Numbered from the stretch's first letter, positions 29,159 to 40,665 are shown. The stretch is 64,000 nucleotides of DNA from Candidatus Poribacteria bacterium (GCA_965242965.1 OZ251518.1:2400001-2464000), one strand, 5' to 3'. Numbers and translations are program-made. Notes: generated by a model not told the origin, from the sequence alone.

Positions 29159-29420
29159 CGCGAGGGCCTGTCCCTCGCGAACTCTCAGAGGTATTAAACC
29201 GTCCGCGGCCCGTAGCGCGAGGGCCTGTCCCTCGCGAACTCTCAGAGGTATCAAATCGTCCTCGGCTCATAGCGCGAGGGCCTGTCCCTCGCGAGCTCTC
29301 AGAGGTATAAAATCGTCCGCGGCCCGTAGCGCGAGGGCCTGTCCCTCGCGAGCTCTCAGAGGTATAAAATCGTCCGTGGCCCGTAGCGCGAGGGCCTGTC
29401 CCTCGCGAACTCTCAAAGGA
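29108..29420. repeat. 57-bp tandem array (5 units) each holding a REP hairpin
   Basis: GTAG/ATAG hairpin heads at 29155, 29212, 29269, 29326 and 29383. Confidence 0.9.
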
Positions 29421-29426
29421 AACTTT

Positions 29427-30569
29427 ATGAAAGCAATTCTCGCATTAGCAGACGGAACCGTTTTTGAAGGACAGCAATTCGGCACGACAGGCGAAACCGT
29501 CGGCGAAGTTGTCTTCAATACCAGCATGACGGGGTATCAGGAAGTCCTCACAGACCCTTCGTATAAAGGGCAGCTCGTCACGATGACGTATCCGTTAATC
29601 GGCAATTACGGCTGCAACGAGACAGACATCGAATCTATCCGCCCACAAGTGGAAGGCTTTGTCGTGCGCGAATACAGCGCGTATCCGAGCAATTGGCGTT
29701 CACAATGGAGTTTGGATGCCTACTTGGAAAAGCACGGTATCATCGGCATTCAGGGGATTGATACCCGTGCGCTCACGCGGCGGCTTCGTATCCACGGCGT
29801 GATGAACGCGTGCCTTTCAACGGAAGATGTTAACCCAGAAAGCCTCGTCGCGAAGGCACAAGCGTGGCACGGTTTAGTCGGACACGATTTGGTGCAACGC
29901 GTCACGTGTCCGAATCCGTATGCATGGAATGGACATCCTGAGCACGGAGGAAGAGATGCCCTCGGACTACAGCATGAGGAGTGCTCTTCGCGCGGAAAAT
30001 ATCGCGTCGTCGCGATGGATTTCGGCGTTAAATATAATATCTTGCGGCAACTCACTGCACACGGATGCGAGGTGCAGGTTGTCCCGGCGGCGACGACAGC
30101 AGCGGAGATTCTTGCAGCCGAACCCGACGGTGTGTTCCTCTCTAACGGCCCCGGCGACCCGAGCCCGTTAGACTATGCCACCCAGACGATTCAAGGGTTG
30201 ATGGGTAAAAAGCCGCTCTTCGGCATCTGCTTAGGACATCAATTGCTGTCCCTCGCCCTCGGTGGGAAAACCTATAAACTGAAGTTTGGGCACCGCGGCG
30301 CGAATCAGCCTGTCCAACACGTCAAGACAGAACAGGTGGAAATCACCTCCCAGAACCACGGTTTCTGTGTTGACATTGATTCGTTACCGGGGAGCATTGA
30401 CGTGACGCATATTAACCTAAACGATGACACGCTTGAGGGCATACAGCATCGGGACGTTCCGATGTTTTCGGTGCAGTATCATCCCGAAGCCGCGCCCGGT
30501 CCACACGATGCGAGTTATCTGTTTTCAAAGTTTACGCGGATGATGGAGAATAATCTTTCTGGCGCGTAG
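29427..30569 (+). CDS. carA: carbamoyl-phosphate synthase small subunit
   Basis: GEVVFNTSMTGYQE, SNGPGDP, GICLGHQ, QYHPEAAPGPHD. Confidence 0.97.
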   Translation: MKAILALADGTVFEGQQFGTTGETVGEVVFNTSMTGYQEVLTDPSYKGQLVTMTYPLIGNYGCNETDIESIRPQVEGFVVREYSAYPSNWRSQWSLDAYLEKHGIIGIQGIDTRALTRRLRIHGVMNACLSTEDVNPESLVAKAQAWHGLVGHDLVQRVTCPNPYAWNGHPEHGGRDALGLQHEECSSRGKYRVVAMDFGVKYNILRQLTAHGCEVQVVPAATTAAEILAAEPDGVFLSNGPGDPSPLDYATQTIQGLMGKKPLFGICLGHQLLSLALGGKTYKLKFGHRGANQPVQHVKTEQVEITSQNHGFCVDIDSLPGSIDVTHINLNDDTLEGIQHRDVPMFSVQYHPEAAPGPHDASYLFSKFTRMMENNLSGA

Positions 30570-31272
30570 CGCGAGGGCCTCGTGAGGAAAAAATAAGGCC
30601 GCGCACGGTTGCTAATAGGCGCAACACGGCGGGGGACAGGCCCCCGCCCTACGGGAAAAAGGGGGTTCGCTTTCGGATGGAGAGTAATCTTTCTGGTTCG
30701 TAGCGCGAGGGCCTGTCCCTCGCGAGGGCCTCGTGAGGAAAAAATAAAGCCGCGAACGGTTGCTAGTAGGCGCAACACGGCGGGGGGACAGGCCCCCGCC
30801 CTACGGGACAAGGGGTTCGCTTTCGGATAGAGAGTAATCTTTCTGGTTCGTAGCGCGAGGGCCTGTCCCTCGCGAGGGCCTCGTGAGGAAAAAATAAGGC
30901 CGCGCACGGTTGCTAATAGGCGCAACACGGCGGGGGACAGGCCCCCGCCCTACGGGACAAGGGGGTTCGCTTACGGATAGAGAAGAATCTTTCTGGCGCG
31001 TAGCGCGAGGGCCTGTCCCTCGCGATGCCCTAGTGAGGGAAAAATAAGGCCGCGAACAGTTTCTAATAGGCACAACACGGCGGGGGACAGGCCCCCGCCC
31101 TACGGGACAAGGGGTTCGCTTTCGGATGGAGAAGAATCTTTCTGGCGCGTAGCGCGAGGGCCTGTCCCTCGCGATGCCCTCGTGAGGAAAAAATAAAGCC
31201 GCGAACGGTTGCTAATAGGCGCAACACGGCGGGGGACAGGCCCCCGCCCTACGGGACAACGGGGGTTCGCTT
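30552..31272. repeat. ~150-bp tandem array (5 units) of inverted REP pairs
   Basis: AATCTTTCTGG unit starts at 30552, 30686, 30836, 30986 and 31135. Confidence 0.9.
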
Positions 31273-31302
31273 ACCTTTGGAACAAGGATAACATAACAAA
31301 AG

Positions 31303-34300
31303 ATGCCAAAACGGACAGATATTCAAAAAATCTTAATTATCGGGTCCGGTGCGATTATCATCGGGCAGGCGTGCGAGTTTGACTACTCCGGCACGCAGGC
31401 GTGCAAAGCACTGAAAGAAGAGGGCTACCAGATCGTGCTTGTCAACAGCAATCCTGCGACAATCATGACAGACCCGGATTTCGCCGATCGCACCTACATC
31501 GAACCTATCACTGCCGATACGGTGGAGCTCGTCATCGAGAAGGAGCGGCCGCAGGCGTTGCTGCCGACGTTAGGCGGACAGACTGCCCTCAACGTCTCCG
31601 TGGAACTCGCTGAATCCGGGGTGCTAGATAAATACGGCGTGGAGCTCATCGGCGCGAAACTGCCCGCCATCCAGAAAGCGGAAGACCGGGCACTCTTCAA
31701 GTCGGCGATGCAAAAAATCGGGTTAGCCGTGCCACAAAGCGGTATCGCGCACACCGTTGCCGAGGCGTTAGAACTCGTGGAGGACATCGGTTTTCCGGCG
31801 ATTATCCGGCCCGCCTTCACCCTCGGCGGCACCGGCGGCGGCATCGCCTATAACATCGAAGAATATCAGAAGATGGTAACCACCGGCATCGCGCTCAGCC
31901 CAATCAACGAACTCCTCATCGAAGAATCTGTCATCGGTTGGAAGGAATTTGAATTGGAGGTGATGCGAGACGGTGCAGACAACGTCGTCATCATCTGCTC
32001 CATTGAAAACGTTGACGCGATGGGGGTTCACACCGGGGATAGCATTACCGTCGCGCCCATCCAAACGCTGACGGACAGGGAATATCAGCAGATGCGGGAT
32101 GCCGCCATTAAAATTATCCGAGAAATCGGGGTGGACACGGGCGGCTCGAATATCCAATTCGCTGTGGACCCGCGCACGGGAGAACAAGTGGTAATTGAGA
32201 TGAACCCGCGCGTCTCGCGCAGCTCCGCGCTCGCCTCTAAAGCCACCGGGTTCCCTATTGCCAAAATCGCCGCGAAACTCGCTGTCGGTTATACACTTGA
32301 CGAAATTCCAAACGACATTACTGCCGAAACACCCGCCTGCTTTGAACCTACGATTGATTACGTCGTCGTCAAAATTCCGCGATGGGCATTCGAGAAATTC
32401 CAGGGCACCGACGAAACCTTGACAACACAGATGAAATCTGTCGGCGAGGCGATGTCCATCGGCGGCACTTTCAAGGAGGCACTACAAAAAGGATTGCGTT
32501 CGTTAGAAAACGGCTGGCACGGGTTTGACAACCACGCGCTTGAGGAACTCCCGCTCTCCGAACTTTCCAGCAAACTCACCGTGCCGAACGTTGAACGCCT
32601 CTTTTACATCAAAACTGCCTTGAAACGCGGGATGAGTCTTGAAGAAATCCACACTTACACCCAGATCGATCCGTTTTTCCTCTACAATCTCAAGGAAATT
32701 GTCGATTTTGAACAGGTATTAACCGGCACAGCAGAGGTTACGAACGCGAGGGACAAGCACTCGCGCCACAGTGAATACGATGAATACGATGTCAATCTTC
32801 TCCGGCGCGCCAAAAAGTTTGGATTTTCCGACCGGCAACTCGCCGACATCTACGACAGCGCAGAAAATGAAATCCGTGACATCCGCAAACGGCTAGGCGT
32901 GGAGGCCACCTTCAAGACTGTGGATACTTGCGCCGCCGAGTTTGAGGCAGAAACGCCTTACTACTACTCAACCTGCGCCAGCGAAGACGAGGTGCGTCCT
33001 ACCGACACACCGAAAATCATGATTCTCGGTGGCGGCCCCAACCGCATCGGACAAGGCATTGAGTTTGACTACTGCTGCGTCCACGCCGCGATGGCACTCA
33101 AGGCGGACGGCTACGAGACTATCATGGTAAACAGCAACCCCGAAACCGTCAGCACCGATTACGATACGTCAGACCGGCTCTACTTTGAGCCCCTCACGTG
33201 TGAAGATGTGCTGAATATCTACGACAAGGAGAAACCGCGCGGTGTCATCGTTCAGTTTGGCGGACAGACACCGCTGAACCTCGCGATGGCACTGAAAACC
33301 GCCGGGGTGCCGATAATCGGGACAAGCCCAGAAGACATTGCGCGTTCGGAAGACAGGCAGCTTTTTAAAGAGGTGCTAGATACCATCGGGCTGAAACAGC
33401 CGCCGAACGGGACAGCGACATCAAGTGAGGAAGCCGCGCCCATCGCCGCCGCCCTCGGCTACCCTGTCATCGTTCGGCCTTCGTATGTGCTAGGCGGCCG
33501 CGCGATGCAGATTGTTTATGACGAAAAACTGCTTCAGGCGTATATGGACTCCGCCGTGCAAGCCTCACCGGAACATCCTGTCCTAATTGATAAGTTCTTG
33601 GAGGACGCAATCGAGGTGGATGTCGATGCCATCGCCGATGGAAACCGCACTGTCATCGGCGGCGTGATGGAGCATATTGAGGAGGCGGGTGTCCATTCCG
33701 GCGATAGTGACTGCGTGCTGCCACCCCATACTCTCGTCGATGAGCAGATTCTGCAACTCAAGGAGTATACCTACTCCCTAGCGAAGGCACTCCGCGTGTG
33801 TGGCTTGATGAACGTGCAGTATGCAATTAAGAACGATGAGATTTACGTTTTAGAGGTGAATCCTCGTGCATCACGCACCATACCGTTCGTGAGCAAGGCA
33901 ATCGGCGTGCCGTTGGCGAAACTGGCGGCGCGCGTGATGGCGGGCAAAACGTTAGACGCACTCGGCTTCACGCAAGAAATCGAACCGACTTATTTCAGCG
34001 TGAAGGCACCTGTCTTCCCCTTCAACCGCTTCCCTGGTGCGAACTCACGCCTTGGACCGGAGATGAAATCCACCGGCGAAGTGATGGGCATCGATACCGA
34101 TGTCTCGCGCGCGTTCGCGAAGGCACAAAAGGCGTGCGGCTATACGCTACCGCTCACCGGCAAGGTGTTTATCAGCGTGCGGAATAAGGACAAGCGCGCG
34201 ATTATTTTCATCGCCAAAAGGTTATATGACATGGGGTTTGAGCTCATCGCGACGCACGGCACGGCGAAGGTGCTACTCCGCAACGGCATGGCCGCCGAGC

Positions 34301-34551
34301 TCGTCTACAGCATCGGCAAAGGCAGGCCGACGATTCACGACTATATCAAGAACCACGCCGTCGCGCTCATCATCAACACGCCGACCGGGGATTTGCATCG
34401 GCCGAACGAACTGCTCATCCGGCAGATGGCGATAGAACACGACATCCCGATTTTTTCCACCGTCCCCGGCGCAGCGGCGGCGGTAAACGCGATTGATGCC
34501 CTGCAACGCGGCGACATCTCCGTCTCACCGCTGCAGGATTATTATACATAA
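31303..34551 (+). CDS. carB: carbamoyl-phosphate synthase large subunit
   Basis: [27 protein letters not shown], duplicated ATP-grasp domains, MGS domain. Confidence 0.98.
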   Translation: MPKRTDIQKILIIGSGAIIIGQACEFDYSGTQACKALKEEGYQIVLVNSNPATIMTDPDFADRTYIEPITADTVELVIEKERPQALLPTLGGQTALNVSVELAESGVLDKYGVELIGAKLPAIQKAEDRALFKSAMQKIGLAVPQSGIAHTVAEALELVEDIGFPAIIRPAFTLGGTGGGIAYNIEEYQKMVTTGIALSPINELLIEESVIGWKEFELEVMRDGADNVVIICSIENVDAMGVHTGDSITVAPIQTLTDREYQQMRDAAIKIIREIGVDTGGSNIQFAVDPRTGEQVVIEMNPRVSRSSALASKATGFPIAKIAAKLAVGYTLDEIPNDITAETPACFEPTIDYVVVKIPRWAFEKFQGTDETLTTQMKSVGEAMSIGGTFKEALQKGLRSLENGWHGFDNHALEELPLSELSSKLTVPNVERLFYIKTALKRGMSLEEIHTYTQIDPFFLYNLKEIVDFEQVLTGTAEVTNARDKHSRHSEYDEYDVNLLRRAKKFGFSDRQLADIYDSAENEIRDIRKRLGVEATFKTVDTCAAEFEAETPYYYSTCASEDEVRPTDTPKIMILGGGPNRIGQGIEFDYCCVHAAMALKADGYETIMVNSNPETVSTDYDTSDRLYFEPLTCEDVLNIYDKEKPRGVIVQFGGQTPLNLAMALKTAGVPIIGTSPEDIARSEDRQLFKEVLDTIGLKQPPNGTATSSEEAAPIAAALGYPVIVRPSYVLGGRAMQIVYDEKLLQAYMDSAVQASPEHPVLIDKFLEDAIEVDVDAIADGNRTVIGGVMEHIEEAGVHSGDSDCVLPPHTLVDEQILQLKEYTYSLAKALRVCGLMNVQYAIKNDEIYVLEVNPRASRTIPFVSKAIGVPLAKLAARVMAGKTLDALGFTQEIEPTYFSVKAPVFPFNRFPGANSRLGPEMKSTGEVMGIDTDVSRAFAKAQKACGYTLPLTGKVFISVRNKDKRAIIFIAKRLYDMGFELIATHGTAKVLLRNGMAAELVYSIGKGRPTIHDYIKNHAVALIINTPTGDLHRPNELLIRQMAIEHDIPIFSTVPGAAAAVNAIDALQRGDISVSPLQDYYT

Positions 34552-34614
34552 AACGGCTGTGGCATAGCGGTTGATAGAGGCAGCCGCTATGACGATTTAA
34601 CTGACGATTTAACT

Positions 34615-34942
34615 GAGGGGGTTTCATATCTCAATGTCTTCCCGGTAGGCGAGACCTCCCGGTCTCGATGCCCACCGTATCGGGACAAGGATGTCCCTCC
34701 TACCGTAAGGCATCGGGCTCACCTCTGTAGTTCGGGAGTGCCTGCTCCCGAACGGGTCAGGATCAGGCGATCCTGACCTACAGGAGTGATGCAGTCTGAT
34801 AGCAAAACGCATGGCGAGGGGAACCCGCTCGCAGGCGCGTGTGGCATGCGAGGGCCCACGCCCTACGTAAAGGGGAGGCGTTTTTTTCATCGTATCGCGG
34901 GGGCATGTCCCCGCGACGTTGAGCGATTTATGAAACACCCTC
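34615..34942. mobile_element. MITE-like element with REP mosaic
   Basis: TIRs GAGGGGGTTTCATA / TTATGAAACACCCTC; perfect 8-bp direct repeat ATTTAACT at 34607-34614 and 34943-34950. Confidence 0.85.
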
Positions 34943-35024
34943 ATTTAACTGACGATTCAAAGGTTGCGCGGACAACGCGCGCCTACCGGCAGAGGCCGCG
35001 AATCATACCGAGAGGAATACGAAC

Positions 35025-35831
35025 ATGGCAAACGATACAAGTCTCGAAAGAAATACCCGCTGGGTCCAAGCACTTGACAGGATTCTGGAAGTGCTAAACC
35101 TTGACGTTGAACACCCGATCCGATTTTTGCAGATTGAAGATGGCCGGGAGGTAGTTATCGTCCAACCGAACGCCTTCACCGTCTCGCGCGTTTACGCGAC
35201 GGGCCGTCCCGATGGCCTCTGTCCGCACGGCGAAGATTCCTACTACGACTACTTTTGCGCGAAGTTGGCGGCGCACGAAGAAGAACACGGCACCGATGAA
35301 GGGTTTGAACTAGCCGACGAAGAATGGCAGACCCTCTTCGAGGAGTCCTTCTTCCGGTATAACCGCTATCTGCTGTTCGCGGGCATTAAACGGTGGGAGG
35401 ATGTCAAGCGCGACACCGATACCAACATCGCCGCGACGATGATGGCGCGCACCTACGCGCCACCCGAAATCGCTTGGCAGAGCTATCAGTATAAAGGCTA
35501 CATGCTGATGATGAATAGCATCGCCCAGGCCGAGTTAAGTCTGCAACAGGACAACACGGCGGAGGCGTTGCGGCACATTGACCTGGGTATCCAGAAAATG
35601 GGCGAATTCTGCGGCGAATGCCTGCGCGAGGAGCACCCCGATGCCGAAAACGTCACCCGCGAACGCTACCTCAGCAACCTGCTGGAATACCGCGCTGATC
35701 TTGAGTCACTCAGCGCGGGCGAAAACCCCGAAAATCGGGAACCCGAAACCGAGGACACCGAAATCGATAGCGATAGCGATGAGGCTGACATTTTGGCGGA
35801 GTTAGAACGTCTCCTCAGCGAAGACGATTAG
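35025..35831 (+). CDS. conserved hypothetical protein
   Basis: GAGG RBS; GRPDG.CPHG motif, acidic tail; no function assignable. Confidence 0.7.
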   Translation: MANDTSLERNTRWVQALDRILEVLNLDVEHPIRFLQIEDGREVVIVQPNAFTVSRVYATGRPDGLCPHGEDSYYDYFCAKLAAHEEEHGTDEGFELADEEWQTLFEESFFRYNRYLLFAGIKRWEDVKRDTDTNIAATMMARTYAPPEIAWQSYQYKGYMLMMNSIAQAELSLQQDNTAEALRHIDLGIQKMGEFCGECLREEHPDAENVTRERYLSNLLEYRADLESLSAGENPENREPETEDTEIDSDSDEADILAELERLLSEDD

Positions 35832-35840
35832 TTTCCTTCC

Positions 35841-36260
35841 AGTAGGAGAGACCTCTGGTCACGATGGCTCCGGTCTGTTTGCGATCAGGCGATCGCAAAC
35901 TACAGAGAGTAGGAGAGACCGCCCGGTCTTGATGTTTTTGGTCCGTTTGCGATCAGGCGATCGCAAACTACAGATGTTAGTTCCCCGTAGGCGAGACCTC
36001 GCGGTCTCGATGCACCCGGTAGGAGAGACCTCTGGTCACGATGGCTCCGGTCTGTTTGCGATCAGGCGATCGCAAACTACAGAGAGTAGGAGAGACCGCC
36101 CGGTCTCGATTGCCCCCAGTAGGAGAGACCTCCCGGTCTCGATGGCTCCGGTTTGCGATGGGGCGAGCGCAAACTACAGAGAGAGGAGGTCCCGATGCAG
36201 TTTGCGAGCCCCCCAGGCGCGATTATCCCATGTAAGAGAGACCTCCTGGTCTCGATTCCA
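35841..36260. repeat. REP mosaic with an internal ~90-bp duplication
   Basis: 35842-35929 repeated at 36019-36107; GTAGGAGAGACC and TTTGCGATCAGGCGATCGCAAACTAC modules. Confidence 0.85.
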
Positions 36261-36268
36261 ATCGCGGC

Positions 36269-36937
36269 TCATAAGTTAATCGAACTGAACCAATCCTCAT
36301 CGTCTACCTGCGTTGCTCGCAAGAGGATGCCACCGAGAAAAATGAACGCGATGCCTCGGAAAATCAGGTGCAGCTGAATACCCAATCCGAGCCATACGCC
36401 GAGAGGGAAGGCAATTGCACAGAGTAGGAAAAGACACGCGGCGATGATATTCCCCCACTCGCGCAGCGCGAGCCCGTAGCAGAATGCCGTTAAAGCGCAG
36501 AGGAAGGTGCCTGTCATCAGGAGTGCCTCAGCCCATTCTTCCCAGAGGCCGCCGAGTGCCTTTCCGATGGCTTGGGTTTCCGGGTCCGCCATGAAGTCCG
36601 CTAAGGTTTGGAGGGGTGCCGTCAGCGCGCAGTGCCCGGTGAGCTCAACGACAATCCAGAGCAGCCCGAACAGCGCGCCCAAAAGACTCCGGGTCTTCGC
36701 TTCGGAACGGAGGAGCACGTAACTCGCCACCACCGCCGGCACCAGCAAAATCTGCGTTACCACACCGATGCCGTGCAGCACGCCGAGGCTGCTATCCGGC
36801 GGCTGTCCCGCCTCACCAGAGAGAAAACCGGATGTGCCGCTAAAGAGAACCCAACAACCGGAGAGCACCACGAGGATCCCACCCAAAATACTGGTAACAC
36901 TGCCGAGAGTATACAAGGGATTTCGTTTATTATCCAT
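36269..36937 (-). CDS. integral membrane protein, hypothetical
   Basis: About six hydrophobic segments; AAGGAAGG RBS. Confidence 0.75.
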   Translation of the reverse strand: MDNKRNPLYTLGSVTSILGGILVVLSGCWVLFSGTSGFLSGEAGQPPDSSLGVLHGIGVVTQILLVPAVVASYVLLRSEAKTRSLLGALFGLLWIVVELTGHCALTAPLQTLADFMADPETQAIGKALGGLWEEWAEALLMTGTFLCALTAFCYGLALREWGNIIAACLFLLCAIAFPLGVWLGLGIQLHLIFRGIAFIFLGGILLRATQVDDEDWFSSINL

Positions 36938-37198
36938 CAATTACCTTCCTTCCTTATGAACCGCGATTGTCCTAACCTGCCATTCCAAGTTCTTCGCATT
37001 GAAATTGCGGTAAGGCAAATGCAATTGCTCCTGTCCTATTTGAGCATGCCTATCAAGGCGTATAGAAAATTTGTGTGATAGTTATGCGCGATGTTCGCGC
37101 AAAACTGCTATAATACCGAAAGTTTACATCAATTCGCAATTTTAAGCAAGTTTTTTTGTAAATTTCCATTTTTAAAGGATATGAATTTCACAAGTTAA

Positions 37199-37856
37199 CC
37201 GGTAGGAGAGACCTCCTGGTCTCGATTTCTACCGCCCGGTTTTGATACGGTGCAGGCAGCAACCCGCCGCTTTCACCGTAGGGCGAGGGCCTGTCCCTCG
37301 CTATGCAACTGATGAGAGATGGCTGCTGCCTTTAGGTCTGTAGGACCTAAATGTCTATAGCTCCTCGCAACGCGAAGACTCTTAAGGTCTGTAGGACCTT
37401 AATATGCATCCGCACCGCGTGGCTAGCAGCCTATTAAGGTCCTAACGGACCTTGAAAACGGGCCGACACGTGTTGCTATAGACATGCAGGACCTAAAGGA
37501 CCTGAAGAGCCGTCTTTGCAAAATCGCTTTCGCCGCTGCGAATGAACACCGCCGTTTTACCGTAGCGCGTGGGCCCTCGGATGCCATCCGCGCATCCGAG
37601 CGGGTTTCCCCCGCGATCGGTGCATGGCGAGGGACAGGCCCTCGCCCTACGGTAAAGGGGGGCGTGCTGAGGCCATCGCGTGGCCGTTTGCGATCTGGCG
37701 ATCGCAAACTACAGACAGAAAAAGCGACCGTTCTGGATACCGTAGCGCGGGGCCCCTCGGATGCCATCCGCGCATCCGAGGGGCCCCGCGCTACGGTGAA
37801 AATCGAAACCAGGAGGGCTCTCCTACCGGGAAGCCATCGATTTATGAAACCCCCTC
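37199..37856. repeat. REP mosaic ending in a solo right TIR
   Basis: Multiple modules; TTTATGAAACCCCCTC ends at 37856. Confidence 0.8.
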
Positions 37857-37941
37857 ACTCAACACCCAGAAAAAACTGGACATATCCCAACTGAATACGC
37901 TATAATATATCTATCATCATGAAACGAGGGCAATCAAAAAA

Positions 37942-39372
37942 ATGAACGCACAAAAAACCGTGCTGATAGTCGATGCAGACCGGCGGCAGCGCGACCGGAT
38001 TTGCCAAACGCTCAGTGGACAAGGCCTCCGCCTGATTGTCAAAGACAATATGTATCAGGCGTTTCACCAGATCGAATATCAGAAGATAGATGTCCTCATC
38101 GCCCCGCTGAAGGCAGAACGGATTGACGGCTCGGCACTCTTGGAAGCCGCGGCGCAGCAGCATCCGGATGTCGGTATCATTTTCATTACCGCGCCGAATG
38201 TGTTGGAGACTGACATCGGCATCAAGGCGATGACCGCGCATGAAGGCACCTATTTTCTCCCGAAGCCTGTCAACCCTGTCCATCTGAAGGCACTGCTACA
38301 GCGCACGCTTCAAATTCAGCAGCTGGCGTTTGAAAACCGGCAGTTGCAATCGCAAATCGACGAGAAGGAAGGCTTACGCCGCATGACAGGACAATCGCCG
38401 CAAATGACACGCGTGCGCGAGATGATTACCCAGATCGCGCCGACAAGGGCGACGGTGATGATATACGGTGCGCGCGGCACCGGCAAGGAACTCGTCGCCC
38501 GGGCGGTGCATCATCGCAGCCTGCGGCGCGGCTCCCTCATCGCCTTTAACTGCGCGACGCTCAACGAAAACCTCGCCGAATCGGAACTCTTCGGACACGA
38601 ACGCGGCTCGTTTAGCGGCGCGTATAACCAACGGAAGGGACGGTTTGAACTCGCGCACGGCGGAACGCTGTTCCTTGACGAAGTCTCGAAACTGAGTATA
38701 TCCAATCAGGCGCGCCTGCTGCGCGTCCTCGAAGAACGCGAATTTGAACGCGTCGGCGGCTCAAAGACTATCAAAGTTGACGTCCGCGTCGTTTGTGCAA
38801 CGAATAGCGACTTGGAACTCGCTTGTCAAGAGGGGTATTTCCTCCCAGACCTTTATGACAGGCTCAACGTTATCCCTATCCATTTGCCGACGCTACATGA
38901 ACGGATAGAGGATATCCCACTGTTAGTCAAAGATTTTCTTGAGGAATTTTGCCGCGAAAATAAGAAACAGCGGATAACCCTCTCACCGGCGGCAATCCGA
39001 ACTTTGATGAAATACGAGTGGCCCGGCAACGTGCGCGAGCTGAAAAATTGCATCGAGGGACTCGTCGTCATGTCCACGCATACCCGCTTGGAACAGGCTG
39101 ACCTGCCGGAACGTATCCTCAAGGCGGCTGGCGTGATGATGTCAAACATCGTTTCGGTCCCGACGCTGCGCACGGCAGCACCATCGGACACCGTCGGCCC
39201 GCCGAGTCTCAACGTAGAAATCGGCATGTCAATGGACGAGATTCATCAGGAAGTGCTGCGCGCCACGCTGGAGTATGTTGATAACAACAAAGCGAAGGCG
39301 GCGAAAATCCTCCAAATCAGCCGACGCACCATTCAACGGAAGGCGAAAGAATATGGACTCTGCAACAATTAG
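37942..39372 (+). CDS. NtrC/AtoC-type AAA+ enhancer-binding protein with atypical receiver domain and Fis HTH
   Basis: [57 protein letters not shown]. Confidence 0.9.
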   Translation: MNAQKTVLIVDADRRQRDRICQTLSGQGLRLIVKDNMYQAFHQIEYQKIDVLIAPLKAERIDGSALLEAAAQQHPDVGIIFITAPNVLETDIGIKAMTAHEGTYFLPKPVNPVHLKALLQRTLQIQQLAFENRQLQSQIDEKEGLRRMTGQSPQMTRVREMITQIAPTRATVMIYGARGTGKELVARAVHHRSLRRGSLIAFNCATLNENLAESELFGHERGSFSGAYNQRKGRFELAHGGTLFLDEVSKLSISNQARLLRVLEEREFERVGGSKTIKVDVRVVCATNSDLELACQEGYFLPDLYDRLNVIPIHLPTLHERIEDIPLLVKDFLEEFCRENKKQRITLSPAAIRTLMKYEWPGNVRELKNCIEGLVVMSTHTRLEQADLPERILKAAGVMMSNIVSVPTLRTAAPSDTVGPPSLNVEIGMSMDEIHQEVLRATLEYVDNNKAKAAKILQISRRTIQRKAKEYGLCNN

Positions 39373-39955
39373 CGCGAAGCGAACAAATCCCATAATTCCG
39401 GCATCCGTTTTCGGATTTCACGTGCAAGCCGGTGGCGGTGCTGCGGATTCAGCCGGCTTTCCGCTTCAACTTGCGGATATCTTCGGCCCCATTTTGGGAG
39501 TGCTGCTGCCGACGCTTATCCTCGTTACCGTTGCGATAGTCGTCTATGGCCGGATTCGGCGCAGCAACCCAAAACCGGAAACGCCGCGTCCTGCGGCGCG
39601 CGCACCTCAACCCCGGCGGGGAGATACGCCCGAGGCGCGAGCATTGGAGGCGTTGGATTTTGCCCTTTACAACCGCGCCGAGCCCACAATTCGCGAATAC
39701 TACGCCAGCATCGCGTGTCTGATCCTGCAGTATCTCAGCGATAAATACCAGATTAAGGTGCATGAAGCGACAACGACGCAGATTCTCGCCGATGTCGCCG
39801 ATGCGCTGCCGGCGAACCAGATCGACTATGTCGGCGAAATTCTCCACACGTGTGATATGGTGCAGTTTACCCCGCATCATCCGACGCGTTCGGAACAAGA
39901 CGACATTTATGAAACGGCGCGGGATTTTCTGGAGGGGCAGGCGAAGGGTTTATAG
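39353..39955 (+). CDS. hypothetical single-TM protein
   Basis: TM segment then a helical domain with YLSDKY..TT.QI and DMVQF. Confidence 0.6.
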   Translation: MDSATISAKRTNPIIPASVFGFHVQAGGGAADSAGFPLQLADIFGPILGVLLPTLILVTVAIVVYGRIRRSNPKPETPRPAARAPQPRRGDTPEARALEALDFALYNRAEPTIREYYASIACLILQYLSDKYQIKVHEATTTQILADVADALPANQIDYVGEILHTCDMVQFTPHHPTRSEQDDIYETARDFLEGQAKGL

Positions 39956-40020
39956 CCACACTTCGCGGGAAGCACGTTCAGTTAACTTGACAAGCATTTT
40001 TGAAATATGTTATCATAATT

Positions 40021-40286
40021 GAGGAGGTTTCATAAATCGCTCAACGTCGCGGTGATATGCCCCGCGCTACGGTAAAAAAACGCCGCCCCTTCACGTAGGG
40101 CGAGGGTCTGTCCCTCGCCATGCGTTTTGGTGTCAGACCGCCTCACGCCTGTAGTTCAGGATCGCCTGATCCTGACCCGTTCGAGATCGGGCGATCTCGA
40201 ACTACAGAGGTGGGCCCGATGCCTGCCGGTATTCGCCCTCCCTCCAAGGCGGGATAACTACCGAAACGGAGTTATGAAACACCCTC
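40021..40286. mobile_element. MITE-like element with REP mosaic
   Basis: TIRs GAGGAGGTTTCATAA / TTATGAAACACCCTC; flanks TCATAATT / GTATAATT; directly after TTGACA(39987)-N18-TATCAT. Confidence 0.75.
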
Positions 40287-40331
40287 GTATAATTAGCGTA
40301 GTTTCTAACGCGTGCGGTGTCAATCCACATA

Positions 40332-40400
40332 ATGGAATTTGAATGGGAGAAAAACAGAGCGGCAGTGTATCGAGAAGGCGGTGACATCAATGCAGGATGA
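40332..40400 (+). pseudogene. internally deleted BrnT-family toxin
   Basis: Translates MEFEWEKNRAAVYREGGDINAG*: a BrnT-like N-terminus joined directly to a C-terminal stub overlapping the antitoxin start. Confidence 0.6.
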
Positions 40401-40611
40401 ACTTCGGCCTGAGTATGATTTGAAAAACATGCAGGTTAGGAAGGTAGGACCCGGGCGAAAGTATTTCGCAGGGAACCCCGTCATCTACCTAGAACCCGAT
40501 GTTGCGGCGGTATTTCCAGACGCTGCGGCTGTGAACGAGGCACTGCGGTTTCTGATGCGCGTCAGCAAGGAAAATCAGGCAGGATTGCCTCGCGTGAGTA
40601 GCGATGCCTGA
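40390..40611 (+). CDS. BrnA-like antitoxin
   Basis: DELRPEYDL...IYLEPDVAAVFPDAAAVNEALRFL. Confidence 0.65.
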   Translation: MQDELRPEYDLKNMQVRKVGPGRKYFAGNPVIYLEPDVAAVFPDAAAVNEALRFLMRVSKENQAGLPRVSSDA

Positions 40612-40626
40612 ATCGTAACATTCTTC

Positions 40627-40665
40627 TTGACATTTTGATGCAAGCATGTTATCATTAAAATGTCA
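40627..40665 (+). promoter_or_regulatory. promoter with overlapping inverted repeat (candidate operator)
   Basis: TTGACA-N17-TATCAT; TGACATTTT (40628-36) / AAAATGTCA (40657-65). Confidence 0.6.

Noticed and set aside
29108-29420. CRISPR-like array of palindromic repeats with regular spacing
   Set aside because: The spacers are near-identical to each other and derive from flanking sequence, the repeat is the genome-wide REP, and no cas genes are present
30552-31272. Possible CRISPR or coding repeat between carA and carB
   Set aside because: Whole ~150-bp units are repeated with no unique spacers; the ORFs across it are repeat translations
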